Positions 9,569-20,000 of a DNA stretch of 20,000 nt are shown here, piece after piece. Numbering within the stretch: position 1 is the first letter of the stretch; each line of letters opens with the position of its first letter. The position numbers and the translations under genes were made by a program. Under the pieces are notes generated by a model that did no database searches, was not told the DNA's origin, and worked only from the letters and a program-made list of their open reading frames with translations. The stretch is from Catajapyx aquilonaris (Eukaryota), in NCBI GenBank assembly GCA_000934665.2, contig KZ538101.1, positions 108,866 through 128,865 of the forward strand. The letters run 5' to 3'.

Positions 9569-11533
9569 AGGACCGCAATATGACAAATAATGAAAACACA
9601 TTAGGACATCATTACGTGTCTGTAGCTTTATGTCGCATTAAATTAAAGCATGCTCTGATTATCTGATTATAATGCCTGCGTTGATTGATGCAGACATTTG
9701 AGCTTAACCTAGATTGTTTCGACTGCCGAGGTATCATGTTCAGCAACTATTTCAATCCTTTGTGTGTTGCTACAAACCATAATATTTGATGGGCAGTATT
9801 ATTATGTAGGCAGCATAGCCAGAGGGTAAAAATGTTCCCACAAAATTTCGATCAGGTGCTAATTATACCGCAGAGTCCCCGGTTCATCATGCATGAGGGG
9901 AGAAAATATGTGCCAATTGTGCGTTTTGTCCGCTATACAGCAATCAGCAAAAATCCAGAAAAATTGAGTGCAAACTATTTTTTTCCTCTCAAAAAAAAGA
10001 CAGCACATCCTTACGTAGCAACTGTCTTCTATTTTTGCTGCCTTCTAAAGCAGAACACGTATTTGTTTTACGAAAAGCACCCTCTCCTCCCCCCCTCCCC
10101 CCTCTCCCTCCCCTGCCAGTCCCTACTATTATTTTTACTAAAAATGTGGTCTGCAGTTGAGAAGACTGAGCTGCGCACTCTGACTGCTTGTTTTGGCTTT
10201 TGGCCCTGCTTGGACGTTTGGGAAATCCCATTTGGCCAAGCCCACTAATTCCTGCTTAGCAGTCAGTTGCGGACATGCTTGTCCATTTGAAACGCCTTAC
10301 CCCCCANCCCAAAACTTGCCCAAAACAGCCACGTTCGTAGCTCTCAACCCACATTACTAGTCCAGCTAGTCACATTATTTTTTTGACTCAAAAATGGAGT
10401 AATATGCGTTTACAATTTCATGTCCCTCTTTCTGACGCAATGTCCTGAAAATAGGTCTCAATGTGTGGAAAAACACGCTAGTCTCACACCGCTAACCATC
10501 TTTAGCAGGACACAAAGCCCGCTTCTGTCCACACTGCCAAATAATTAAACCGTCCAAACTCCTTCTTGGTGAGGAAAAAGGGGGGCCTTAAACGCTTTTG
10601 AAGCAGCACTGTGCTACTCAGCTACTTAACACAAAACGTAGCGCAAACGAGAGTGTGGCGGAACAACAGTTATTCGGAAAGTCGAGACCAACCGCCTGCC
10701 GTTCCCTTAGCACCACAATGGCAGCAAATGGTCTGAATGTGGCTGAGACTTAGGAAACCGCCAAGGCGGAGGGCAAAGACCACCGACTTTCGCCAACAAT
10801 GCTTGCGGAAGAAGGTGTAATTTCAGCTTTCTACCACCACTTCCCCCATGAGAAAACCAAAATAATGTTACGAGAGGAAAGCAAGGAGGTAAGGGGGGGA
10901 TGGTTAGTAACCAACCTGCTTTCCAAGACTACTATTCTCTTGTTTTATACAGGAGCCTTTTAGCTTCCGTCAGGTGTTGCGTGTCTCGTCGTGGTAAAGA
11001 GTTTGCCGTTTCGGTCGTTTCACAACCTTGGCACCTTTAAAGTGGCAGATGTTGCAGGGAGGTTAACCACCACTTTGCCGCAAAGTTTGGACTCGATGCT
11101 GTCTCGTTGTGGCTCGGGTTCCTCGGGTTAAGCGCACTTAGCTACTACATTGTTTTCTCTTTCGCTGCCGAAATGATCTATAAATTATTTCCAGCTGCCT
11201 GCCCGCTTCCTGCGCTTAAGACGTGCACTGGGGTGGTTTAGACAGAGCTGCGTGTGACAACAATGTAATAAGTTTGGGTTATTGGTCTTGTGCGTTTTGT
11301 TCACTTTCTGAAACGAAATAGGAATCAAGAAAAGACCATGCAAGAGCAGCAAAAACAACTATAAACTTTATATAGAAAGGAAAAAAGTTTGTGTGTATTG
11401 TGTATATAAGTACAGTAGGCATATGTGCGAGGGGGTATTCACTTCTGGTGATCCGTGTACACCTTCGATGGTGATCCGCACTTTTGGTGATTCAGTGTAC
11501 AATTTTGTGAGGAGCCTATGTTTTTTTTTAAAC

Positions 11534-11861
11534 TTATTTATTTTACCCCGTGATATGGCCTATTGGCCCTTATAGGGGGTGGCATACCACCGTCAGTTTT
11601 CTGGTGTATCAACTTTTCTTTATTCACCGGTGCAAGGAGACAAGGCTGTTGGGTAAGGATAGGGATTTTTGGGGAGGGAACATGGGTGCAAGTGCATTGT
11701 CTGAAAAGGGGTTATGTGATGTTCCCCGGGAGGTTAGGTTGCCAGACACCTCAGGTCAGAGACCCTCCTGACGCAGGTGAAAGGGAAGCCCCAGGCGGGG
11801 ATCGAACCTGGGGCATTTCACTCAGCAAGCCGAGACGTTACCGTCTCGACCACCGTACCTC
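11534..11861 (-). mobile_element. Full-length tRNA-derived SINE family A
   Basis: B box GGTTCGATCCC (11798-11808, minus). Collinear with 17933-18275 over its whole length. Tail ...TATCACGGGGTAAAATAAATAA. No clear TSD. Confidence 0.9.
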
Positions 11862-13107
11862 GTATATGTATGTCCACCGTCCAGCCTAGTGGGATTGGAT
11901 CGTAATAGTTTCCTAAACTCAAAATTTTAAAAATTATTTTCTCTAATACTACATGATAGCGAAGCAGAGATTCGTCCCCTTAAGAAAATACGGTAGTGTA
12001 TAACTTACAACGTCAAAAACGTAATCATGTCAGAGCGCAGCATATCGGTCAAATTTTGGAGACTCAGACGTATTTGATGCCGAAGGCTAGCTTTCATGGG
12101 TGGAATCGGACAAATTATATTTACATACTCCACTCAAACGGAAACTCTCTACCAGTCTAATGAGTCACGCTACTAATTGCTTCTATTTGAAGTCATCTCA
12201 CATTAACCATTTGCAAAACGTCCGCCACATCTATTGCACTTTGCCAACGGAAGTGGTTGCTGTGGAAAGTATCACGGACCTTTTTTCCCTGTGCAATGCG
12301 TATAGGCCGACATCTAATGCTTGATGGGAATGAGTTTTAGATGACTAAATGGAATGGTCAATAACTGATATTTTATGTAGGAAAATGTACTGTACATAAT
12401 TAATAAGATGACCTGGTTGCGAGCAGTACTTCTGCTGTTATATTTATCCCGAAAAATTAGCTTATTTATTTTATATGTAGGTTACCGTACTTTTCAAAAC
12501 CTTCAATGAATTGAAATGCTCTCTTCCTGCAATGCATTATTGATGGTAAGATCTCTGAACCCTATTACTAAATTGTATTTCCCTCTAGCCTGCCCCCATC
12601 ATAACCACAACTTCAGTGTGAATGCTTTGTGCATCAGTTTATATCCTTCTTATAGGATTACATGGTAGTTCCCACTCCACGCAGCAGTACTACAAGCGAG
12701 GTCATGAATAAACAAGCTAAGTTGCTATGTAGGCTTCATTAAAGGCCGTAACTTCTACGCTAATTTGTTCTACCACTACAATATACAGGGTGCACCAAAA
12801 CGCACCTAAAGAAGTGTGTATCGATGAAAATTTTGCGCACGCTCTGAAGATGGCATCCTGTATTATAGGCATGATGGACTTCTGCGTCACTTATCAGGAG
12901 CAGTGTCGATATAACTAGAGAGCGTAGCGTATTACCATGGATACGGATCTCATTTGACTCCAGGAAAATCCCGTTATTATGAAGCGTGATTAGTAGTTGT
13001 AATTACGCATCATATAATAATGTACAGTATACTGTAGCCTATATGTGGCATTATTTTTACTGCTGATATGTGTAGGTCGAAACATGCATCCTTTCAGAAA
13101 AAAATAA

Positions 13108-13530
13108 ATATGATGACCTGAAATGTCATGGATCCTAATCATTTTTGGAATAATTTCAAGCTGTGGTGAGAATTTGAAGTTTCAAAATTGCATTTTTCTT
13201 TATGGGATCCTCTTTTTCCAAACATTCCGGATATTGTAATAACTCTAGCTCAAAACTTAAACACCTACAAAAATTAAAAGCAATTATTAATTAAATTTGG
13301 ACCAAATTGCGACTTGTTTCGTTCTACATTTCAGGTAGGGTATTCATAAAATTTAGCTTTATACGTGTATGTGTTGCACATAATTTTTAAATGAAGATTC
13401 TATTGGTCGTCTTTTTTAAAGCTAGACACTCATTAGTATTCTCACAGTACACACAAAATAATGCTAATCACCGAAGTCATACGCACCTTTCATCGAGGCT
13501 TCCGTATCTACGATCAGCGTCGACATCTCC
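13108..13530 (+). repeat. Old dispersed repeat fragment, homologous to ~128-450
   Basis: Same two exact blocks and spacing as the 128-450 copy. Internal inverted ACCTGAAATGT / ACATTTCAGGT. Boundaries approximate. Confidence 0.55.
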
Positions 13531-16090
13531 CATTTTGATGACAGCTCAAAACTGACGACACCGCGACAAGCCCATTAGAGTAGTGACTATTAATATATGT
13601 CTCCCAACAGTCTGTAATATGTAACAGAATAGCATTGAACCGTCCTAAGAACTGTATAGTATCAAATGCCCCTTATATGTGACACCCACATGAGGGGTGC
13701 ATTAGAAATGACTTGAAGATCGGTTTCTTTCCTTGCTCTGCTGGTTGTGCTCTGGTTCTTCTGATAGCGCTGTCGTCACCAGGTGGATCCAAATAGTTGA
13801 AACCTTATATGACCGTGGTTGAAACGAAGAGATAGCCTTTTACATGAAAGTATAGCCATTGGAAATGGAGCTTGTTATGTCACTCACATTCAGAGTATTG
13901 TAACAAATGCTTAGCTTTCACGGATATACGCATATTGTAAGTTTGTAACTATCTGGAGTTACAGTTGGAGAGACAGGAAGCACCCAAAATGCACTGCTGT
14001 GTACCTAGGTGTTTGAATCGATTTTTCATGTCCTGTGTGACTGTGGAAAATGTACATCTGCATCTGAAACTACTGTCCCACAACAATAAGATGGTGCCTA
14101 AAACCAATAATAAGTACATGTGAAATTTATTAAAATCCTTATCTTTGAAACATTACCATTCCATTGGCTAAGCGTGATTTATATGCCTATTCACTTGTGT
14201 GCTCATTGAATCAGTTGCCCAGGTTGGAAACAGCCAGTGTGGTCCCCATTATAATGATTACAAAGTGATTCATATCATTATCTGGCTACATCTGCTTCAC
14301 CGTCTAGAACAAAAGGAACATAACGTTGGACCGCTATGAATAACATGCACTCCTCCCTTCCCCTCTTTTTTTTCAATAACTCAAATAGCAGTAATATACA
14401 TTAGGTTTCATCACCTTAGGCGTTGTTCATATTACAATGTCATTACCAGATTGTATGGCCAGATGTGTTACTATGACAACAGCCCACACAACATTTCCTC
14501 TGTGCATAGCTAGCGTATTCATCCCTTTCCTTTCCTTGGCGCATTTGTGTCTGTGAATTGGACCATTTTCCAGCGTTTCTGATTGAAGGACGTGCAGCTA
14601 GCTTGAAGCGAACTGCGTGATAGGGATGATGAAAGACTCGTCATACTCTCACACAAACGCACCGAATCAGAGGTAAAAAGGGGGGGGGGGGGTTTAAAAC
14701 TTGAAGGGGCATTGTCGGAAGTGGGCCAACTTTCCCCGAGTTTTGTTGAACAAAGCGGATATTAAACGCTGCTGGAGCTTTTGCAGTAGTCAATGTGTAT
14801 AACCTTCCCTTCTCTGTGAATTGTTTCTCGACTATAATAATGTAGGGTTAGGAGTCGTATATCAGGATGCGAGGGGAGTGGGGCGGGACAGGAGGGACTG
14901 GAGAAAGGGAGAGAGAAAGAGAGAGACAGAGAGAGTTACGCAGGAAATATCCCATAAAACCGTGCGAGTTGTGGTAATAGTGCAAGTGTGATCCAGGGAT
15001 GTTGCACTAGACTAACAATTCTGCCAGGCCGTTACTTACTTTATGTCACTGCACGTTGAACATTACTTAAATTCCTTTCCATAGCTGCTATAGGTTAATG
15101 GAACGGGGTGGGAGGGGAGAGGGGTCAGGAGGATGATGCTGCATATTGGGGAAAAGCATGCGCCATTACCTTCCTCTGCTCTAAGTGATTTTACACACAG
15201 CCGCCTCAACTATGCCTCGACTCTGCTTGCGAGGCACAAATCCTTTGCAGCGAAGTGGTATCAAACATAGTCGCACCTGAGGGCCACTCTCTCATATTGT
15301 TCGCCTGTTTTGTCGCCAGATTTGTAGCTTTCCCTTTCGTGCATATTGGCAAACAGGTCTGGCATGTACACTGTACAGTCAGCCTATACCAAAGCCGTAT
15401 GTAGTTACCATTTTCACACGCACTGCAGCATCTTGCATTGCCATACAGGCTTTATTTCTAGATACGTTATTCAATTTCATAATTTTAAATATTCTAGCGC
15501 TACTATGCTTGGTATCTTCAAACACTTCTGGACTGCTGTACTATAATAACATGGCACTGTAATACAAAAATATTTCAGCCGTAAATCACTTAGGTCTGAA
15601 AATAGCCAAAATAATAGATTTTCGTCTTATGTTGAAAACAACCAGCAGCGATTAATGCCAAAAATAGTTAGAAATAGCGGCATATGTCATATAACAAGCG
15701 CGTGTTATCAAGATTAAAAATGCATTCAAAAAGTGGCCTTATTAGACACTTCAGCATAACTACAGACTATAATTAATATAAATTAAGGCTTACAGCTTTT
15801 TCAGTTCCGCCCACATGACGTACATTAATTTCTCATTCACGTAGCACTGTACATGATCCTGTTATTATATTTCAACTTGGTTTAATGGTGCATTAAAAAC
15901 TGGCCTAAATTTTGATGAGAGGTGATTACTCGAGTGAAGTTAATTTCCAATATTTTTCCAACCGCTATGGGCCACTTAGTAAGACCAAGATTATACAGCA
16001 TATGGGGGTCATGTATGTAAGGTAATCATATCACCAGAAGTTGATAATATATTGGCAAGAAACAAAAAAGTGTCCTTATTACCCTCATGT

Positions 16091-16250
16091 CTATGGGGCT
16101 CAAATTGTTTTGGCCACTTTATCCTGGCCTTGAAGCAACTCTTCACACACATATACACACCCACCCACACCCACCTCCTCACTGTGGGGCCTGTGCGAAG
16201 GGTTGCTTCAAGACCAGGATAAAGTGGCCAAAACAATTTGAGCCCCATAG
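16091..16250. mobile_element. 160-bp near-perfect hairpin, probable MITE
   Basis: 59-bp arms 16091-16149 / 16192-16250 with 3 mismatches (outer 37 bp perfect) and a CA-rich 42-bp loop. TA follows the right end. Confidence 0.75.
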
Positions 16251-17089
16251 TACCTGACTTTAAGCATTTAACCGACACTTTTTCATTTGAAGATCCTGGG
16301 AATGATTCACATTGATCCATTGGCATTTTAGGGCAAGTGTTGAACTCCTTTTATCCAGTGTTCGTCAGGGATGCTTCTGTACAACCTAGCAGCAATTTTT
16401 AATGACGACTTCCCATTAATGATATTCGATAAGACAATCCGCAATGATATGGTACGCTACTACAAGTAGTAGTCAGCCTGAAACATGTGGTTTCAGGTAG
16501 ACCAACATTTCCCTCAACACGTCAGGTGCGCTGAGCGGCATTAGTGATGCCTCCGGGATCACTAATCACCCTCTGCTGAACCGAATGATCCAGCATCCCA
16601 GATTGGAGGGTGTCACCCCTGCGGGCAAAACGGACAGGAAGTGCTGGATATCCATGAAATTCGATGTCCCCCATTCACCCCTCTCCCTACCCCTCTCTTT
16701 CCTAACCCCTGCTACTCACCTCATAGGTTCACTCCTAAAAGTGCACGGCCATAGACTAGCCTATAACCAGCTGTGTTTCCTGCGTAGTGCCTGGTGTGAC
16801 TGGGGCTACGGGAGGGGGAGGGGGGGGCATCTTCCAGGACGGGATTTATTTCACTGAGTAGAGGCTTTCGTCCCGCCCCTTTTTCCCGGAGAGAAATGGG
16901 GTCCCCCAGGTGGGAAGCTCTGGCCACCGATTCTTTTGAATATTTGAAGCCGCGCCAGTGGATCAAGTGCCACCTGAATGATTCAGAATCAATCCTTCGC
17001 GCCGGTTGATATTGATCCTGCCCCAGCCTCCCCCCAGCCCCATCCAGCCCCGGCTCCAGCCTCACCCGATGCTATAGACAAAGTAGGCA

Positions 17090-17330
17090 GGCTGAGGAGG
17101 GTTAATAGTTGCGACCTGGCAGGCCTGACCTGGGCGGCGCAAATGCCTACCAGATGCCGACACCTAATGAGAGGCCATTTGCATGGAGTAATGAAGAAAC
17201 TTTCCCTTTCCGATCGTTTTTTTTCCCGGCTTTCATTTGGCCAAGTAATTATTATTCTAATGATTATATCCTCGTGAAGTTTTTAATTAGGCCTACCCCC
17301 CTCCCAGTCATCCATTACCGGTGCCTCCCC
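17090..17330. promoter_or_regulatory. Candidate enhancer / conserved non-coding element
   Basis: Octamer ATTTGCAT at 17177-17184 among multiple TAAT/ATTA homeodomain cores in non-repetitive sequence. Motif evidence only. Confidence 0.25.
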
Positions 17331-17932
17331 TCCAGTATTATTCGGAAGTGTTGAGATTTTAAGTGGACGGAAGGTCAGGTGGTCATCATGAATATACAGA
17401 GCAGTGTAGCCTTCCTGTACAGATGCGTATCACACGTGCCTGCAAAATTGGGTGGTGCTAACATGGGCCGTGAGAGTGCCAGTAACGAGGAGGATTACGT
17501 TGGAAACCTCCGACCACCTACCGATAAGCGCCTGTCAAGAATTAGAGTGAATGTTAGACATGTGCGGTGCATTCGTGTGAACATCTTTCAGCGTGTTCTG
17601 TAGTAGAGAGAAACTTGTTTATAGCGGAATCGCTCTGTTCCGCAAAAACCTTCAATAATATTACACGTGACAAAAATGCATTGGAGACTTGGAATCAAAA
17701 GTTCCGTAATGGGCAAGTTTCCGCTTTATCAAAAAATCCGTTATATGACGGTTTTGCTACGAGTATCTCGTTGACATTATTATCATAGGCCAGCCTACTT
17801 GTTTACCGGTTCAGCTTACGGTCAACATAATGTCAAACAAGTTAATCAGGTTATCCTGGGAGTCAGACAATCCTGCAAACAGAAGAGGCAGAAAGGTTGC
17901 TCCGCCTAGTCAGGATGAAAATAATTTTTCTC

Positions 17933-18275
17933 GACGTGTGGTAGCCGAGATGGTAACGTCTCGGCTTGATGAGTGAAAGGTCCCAGGCTCGATTCCAGGC
18001 TGGGAACTCCGTTTCACCTGAGTCGGGAGGGTCTCTGACGCGCACCTTGGAGGTATCTGGCAACCTAACCTCCTGGGGAACAGCACACGACCCATTTATC
18101 GGTATTACACTTGCACCTACGCTACGTTCCCTCCCCAACAATCCCTATCCTCACCCAATGTCCTTGATTTCCCTGCACCAGAGTTTGAAAAAAACCGAAA
18201 ATTCTGAGCAAAATCAAATGGTGGTAATCCACCCCCTTAAAAGGGCTCAGCTCCCTCTAATGGGGTAAATAAATA
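17933..18275 (+). mobile_element. Full-length tRNA-derived SINE family A (more diverged copy)
   Basis: A-box-like TAGCCGAGATGG, B-box-like GGCTCGATTCC, tail GGGGTAAATAAATA. Decayed TSD ATGAAAATAATTTTTCTC (17915-17932) / ATGAAAAATATAAATTTTCTC (18276-18296). Confidence 0.9.
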
Positions 18276-18338
18276 ATGAAAAATATAAATTTTCTCTTAA
18301 TTCTTACGAAATGGCAAAGAACACTGCAACACGATATT

Positions 18339-19486
18339 TGTCCATGGAAATTCGTCTCTATTTCCATGTTTCTTACGTCACTAGTAACTCATAATGACCA
18401 TTCATTTTGTTTGAAATTTATTTTTGACCTTGTGGCAGTCGAAAAGTCAAATTCCTCGAAATATAGGGGGTCATTCCGAATCAAGTGGGCCGAAATGTTA
18501 CTAGACGATATCGGAATTTGATGACAAAAATCACAGCTGTACACACATATTTCCTAAGGCTGGATTTCAAGTTTCCGCCATATTGCGCGACACTATGGAG
18601 ATAGAAAAAATCGCGAAATTTTGAAAAGGGCTGAAAAAGATGCATTTTTTTCGAGAATTTTCCGGTTAGTAGAAGTAGTCCAAACCCAATGAACATACGG
18701 TATATAAAATGAAAGGGAAAGACGAGGAAAATTCGTCTATGGAATTTTGTTTTCCTTTATAATGTAAGCAGAATAATGTGTGCGGCATTACATCGGTCAC
18801 ATGTCCCAGAATTTGGGTCCTGGAAAATTAATAGTAGTACCGTTATCTGCAAAGCATACTGGTACCTATTATTTTCTCGCGAGCCATGCATGATATGGGC
18901 TTCAATTTGAACATTAAACCTTGTGTGGGTCACAACTCATGTCACCAAATATGACTGCTGTTACGCAAATATATCACTAATTGTCTAGGTCAAAATTCTC
19001 GGACACAAGACTGAGCATGTGACCGATGATGGAATGTCACGCCCATTATTCTGGTTACATTTTAGGGGGAAACAAATTCCATAGTTGCATTTTCCTCGTG
19101 ATTATCTTTCATTTGATATACCGCATGTTTATTTGGTTTTGATCACTTCCAGTAACCATAAGAATTCTCCAAAATAGGCCTCTTTTTCAGCCCCTTTCAA
19201 AATTTCGCGATTTCTTCCCTCCCCAGGGTTTTGCTGAAACTTGATATGAAGTACCGGTAGTAGAGTTCAGGCAAATATGGGTACAGCTGTGATTTTTTCC
19301 ACCAAAATCGGAGATATTCTAGAAACATTTCGGTCCACTTGATTCGGAATGACCCCTACTGTATTTTGAGGAATTTTGGTTTTTGTCTGCCCCAAGATGA
19401 AAAACAAATTACAGACCAAATGAATAGTCATTATGAGTTATGAGTGACCGAAGGAACACGGAAAAAGCTTTGAATTTCTATGGACA
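18339..19486. mobile_element. Large foldback / palindromic non-autonomous DNA element
   Basis: Diverged ~490-bp inverted arms 18339-18829 / 18992-19486. Examples: GGGTCATTCCGAATCAAGTGGGCCGAAATGTT vs AACATTTCGGTCCACTTGATTCGGAATGACCC, AAATCGCGAAATTTTGAAA vs TTTCAAAATTTCGCGATTT, CATCGGTCACATG vs CATGTGACCGATG. Confidence 0.85.
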
Positions 19487-20000
19487 GAAAAAAAAAATGA
19501 ATTTTGTTGCACAATGTAATGGTGGATTTTTAGAACTGTTACATGTTCATTAAAAACATAAATTTATATGCTCAAAATTATGGTTACAAACTATATATTG
19601 CCTGATTTGAAGGGGTCTTTGTAACCAGAGTTTCAGTGTGAAACTGATGAAATATCACTTTTAGTGAATGACATTAAACTTGAAAAATCTGGCGTCATTT
19701 AGCATTGTTGATAATTTCAATTAAATATTATCTAAGGGCACTGGCGCTTACTCTGGCGATTTTTTAATTGATTTTTTTTGCAAAATTGCGAATCCCAAGC
19801 ACTGATATTCACAATATCATATCTGCGAAGTATTTGCAGACCAAATGTATCTCTTACAGACTACAATAGGCCCTACCTAGGGATACAACAATGAACAACT
19901 GCCCCGCAAAATGTCACAATAGTACGCAAGCCATGTAGCAACATATTGGAATAATTGAAGACCTCGGGGGAAGAACGATCAAAGTCCACTTTGTGTCAAA

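Noticed and set aside
9345..9585. (ATT)n tract as the tail of another retroposon
   Set aside because: Only a 6-bp GACCGC match as a candidate TSD, no A/B boxes upstream, and no convincing homology to the 2364 SINE.
11440..11501. Short direct repeat CACTT(C/T)TGGTGAT...GTGTACA, superficially CRISPR-like
   Set aside because: Only two imperfect copies in eukaryotic DNA with no cas genes. A local duplication or transposon subterminal repeat.
3468..18141. Similar peptides (SETLPTQVK...GIEPGTFHS) in ORFs at 3468 and 17910, and related frames at 11550, 11563 and 17863
   Set aside because: These are antisense translations of SINE family A. GIEPG is the reverse-complemented B box, not a protein family.

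Overview
Non-coding, repeat-rich eukaryotic DNA, most likely a metazoan intron or intergenic region (organism not identifiable). No credible protein-coding gene, rRNA, intact tRNA or CRISPR array is visible, and the supplied ORFs look like by-products of repeats. The window holds at least six tRNA-derived SINE insertions from four families, several with target-site duplications (TSDs). Three families have different heads and bodies but share one 3' tail (CCCC...GGGGTA, mostly followed by an AAAT-rich end). It also holds several palindromic non-autonomous DNA elements: a TA-flanked head-to-tail dimer of CAGTG-ended MITEs, two small MITEs and a ~1.15-kb foldback element. Other features are a ~320-bp tandem duplication joined to a SINE head through locally templated filler, microsatellites, and a few motif-dense stretches that may be enhancers. 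All alignments were made by eye and family names come from memory, so both need database confirmation. I found no evidence of a new protein-encoded system. The most interesting biology is the modular SINE set and the composite elements.
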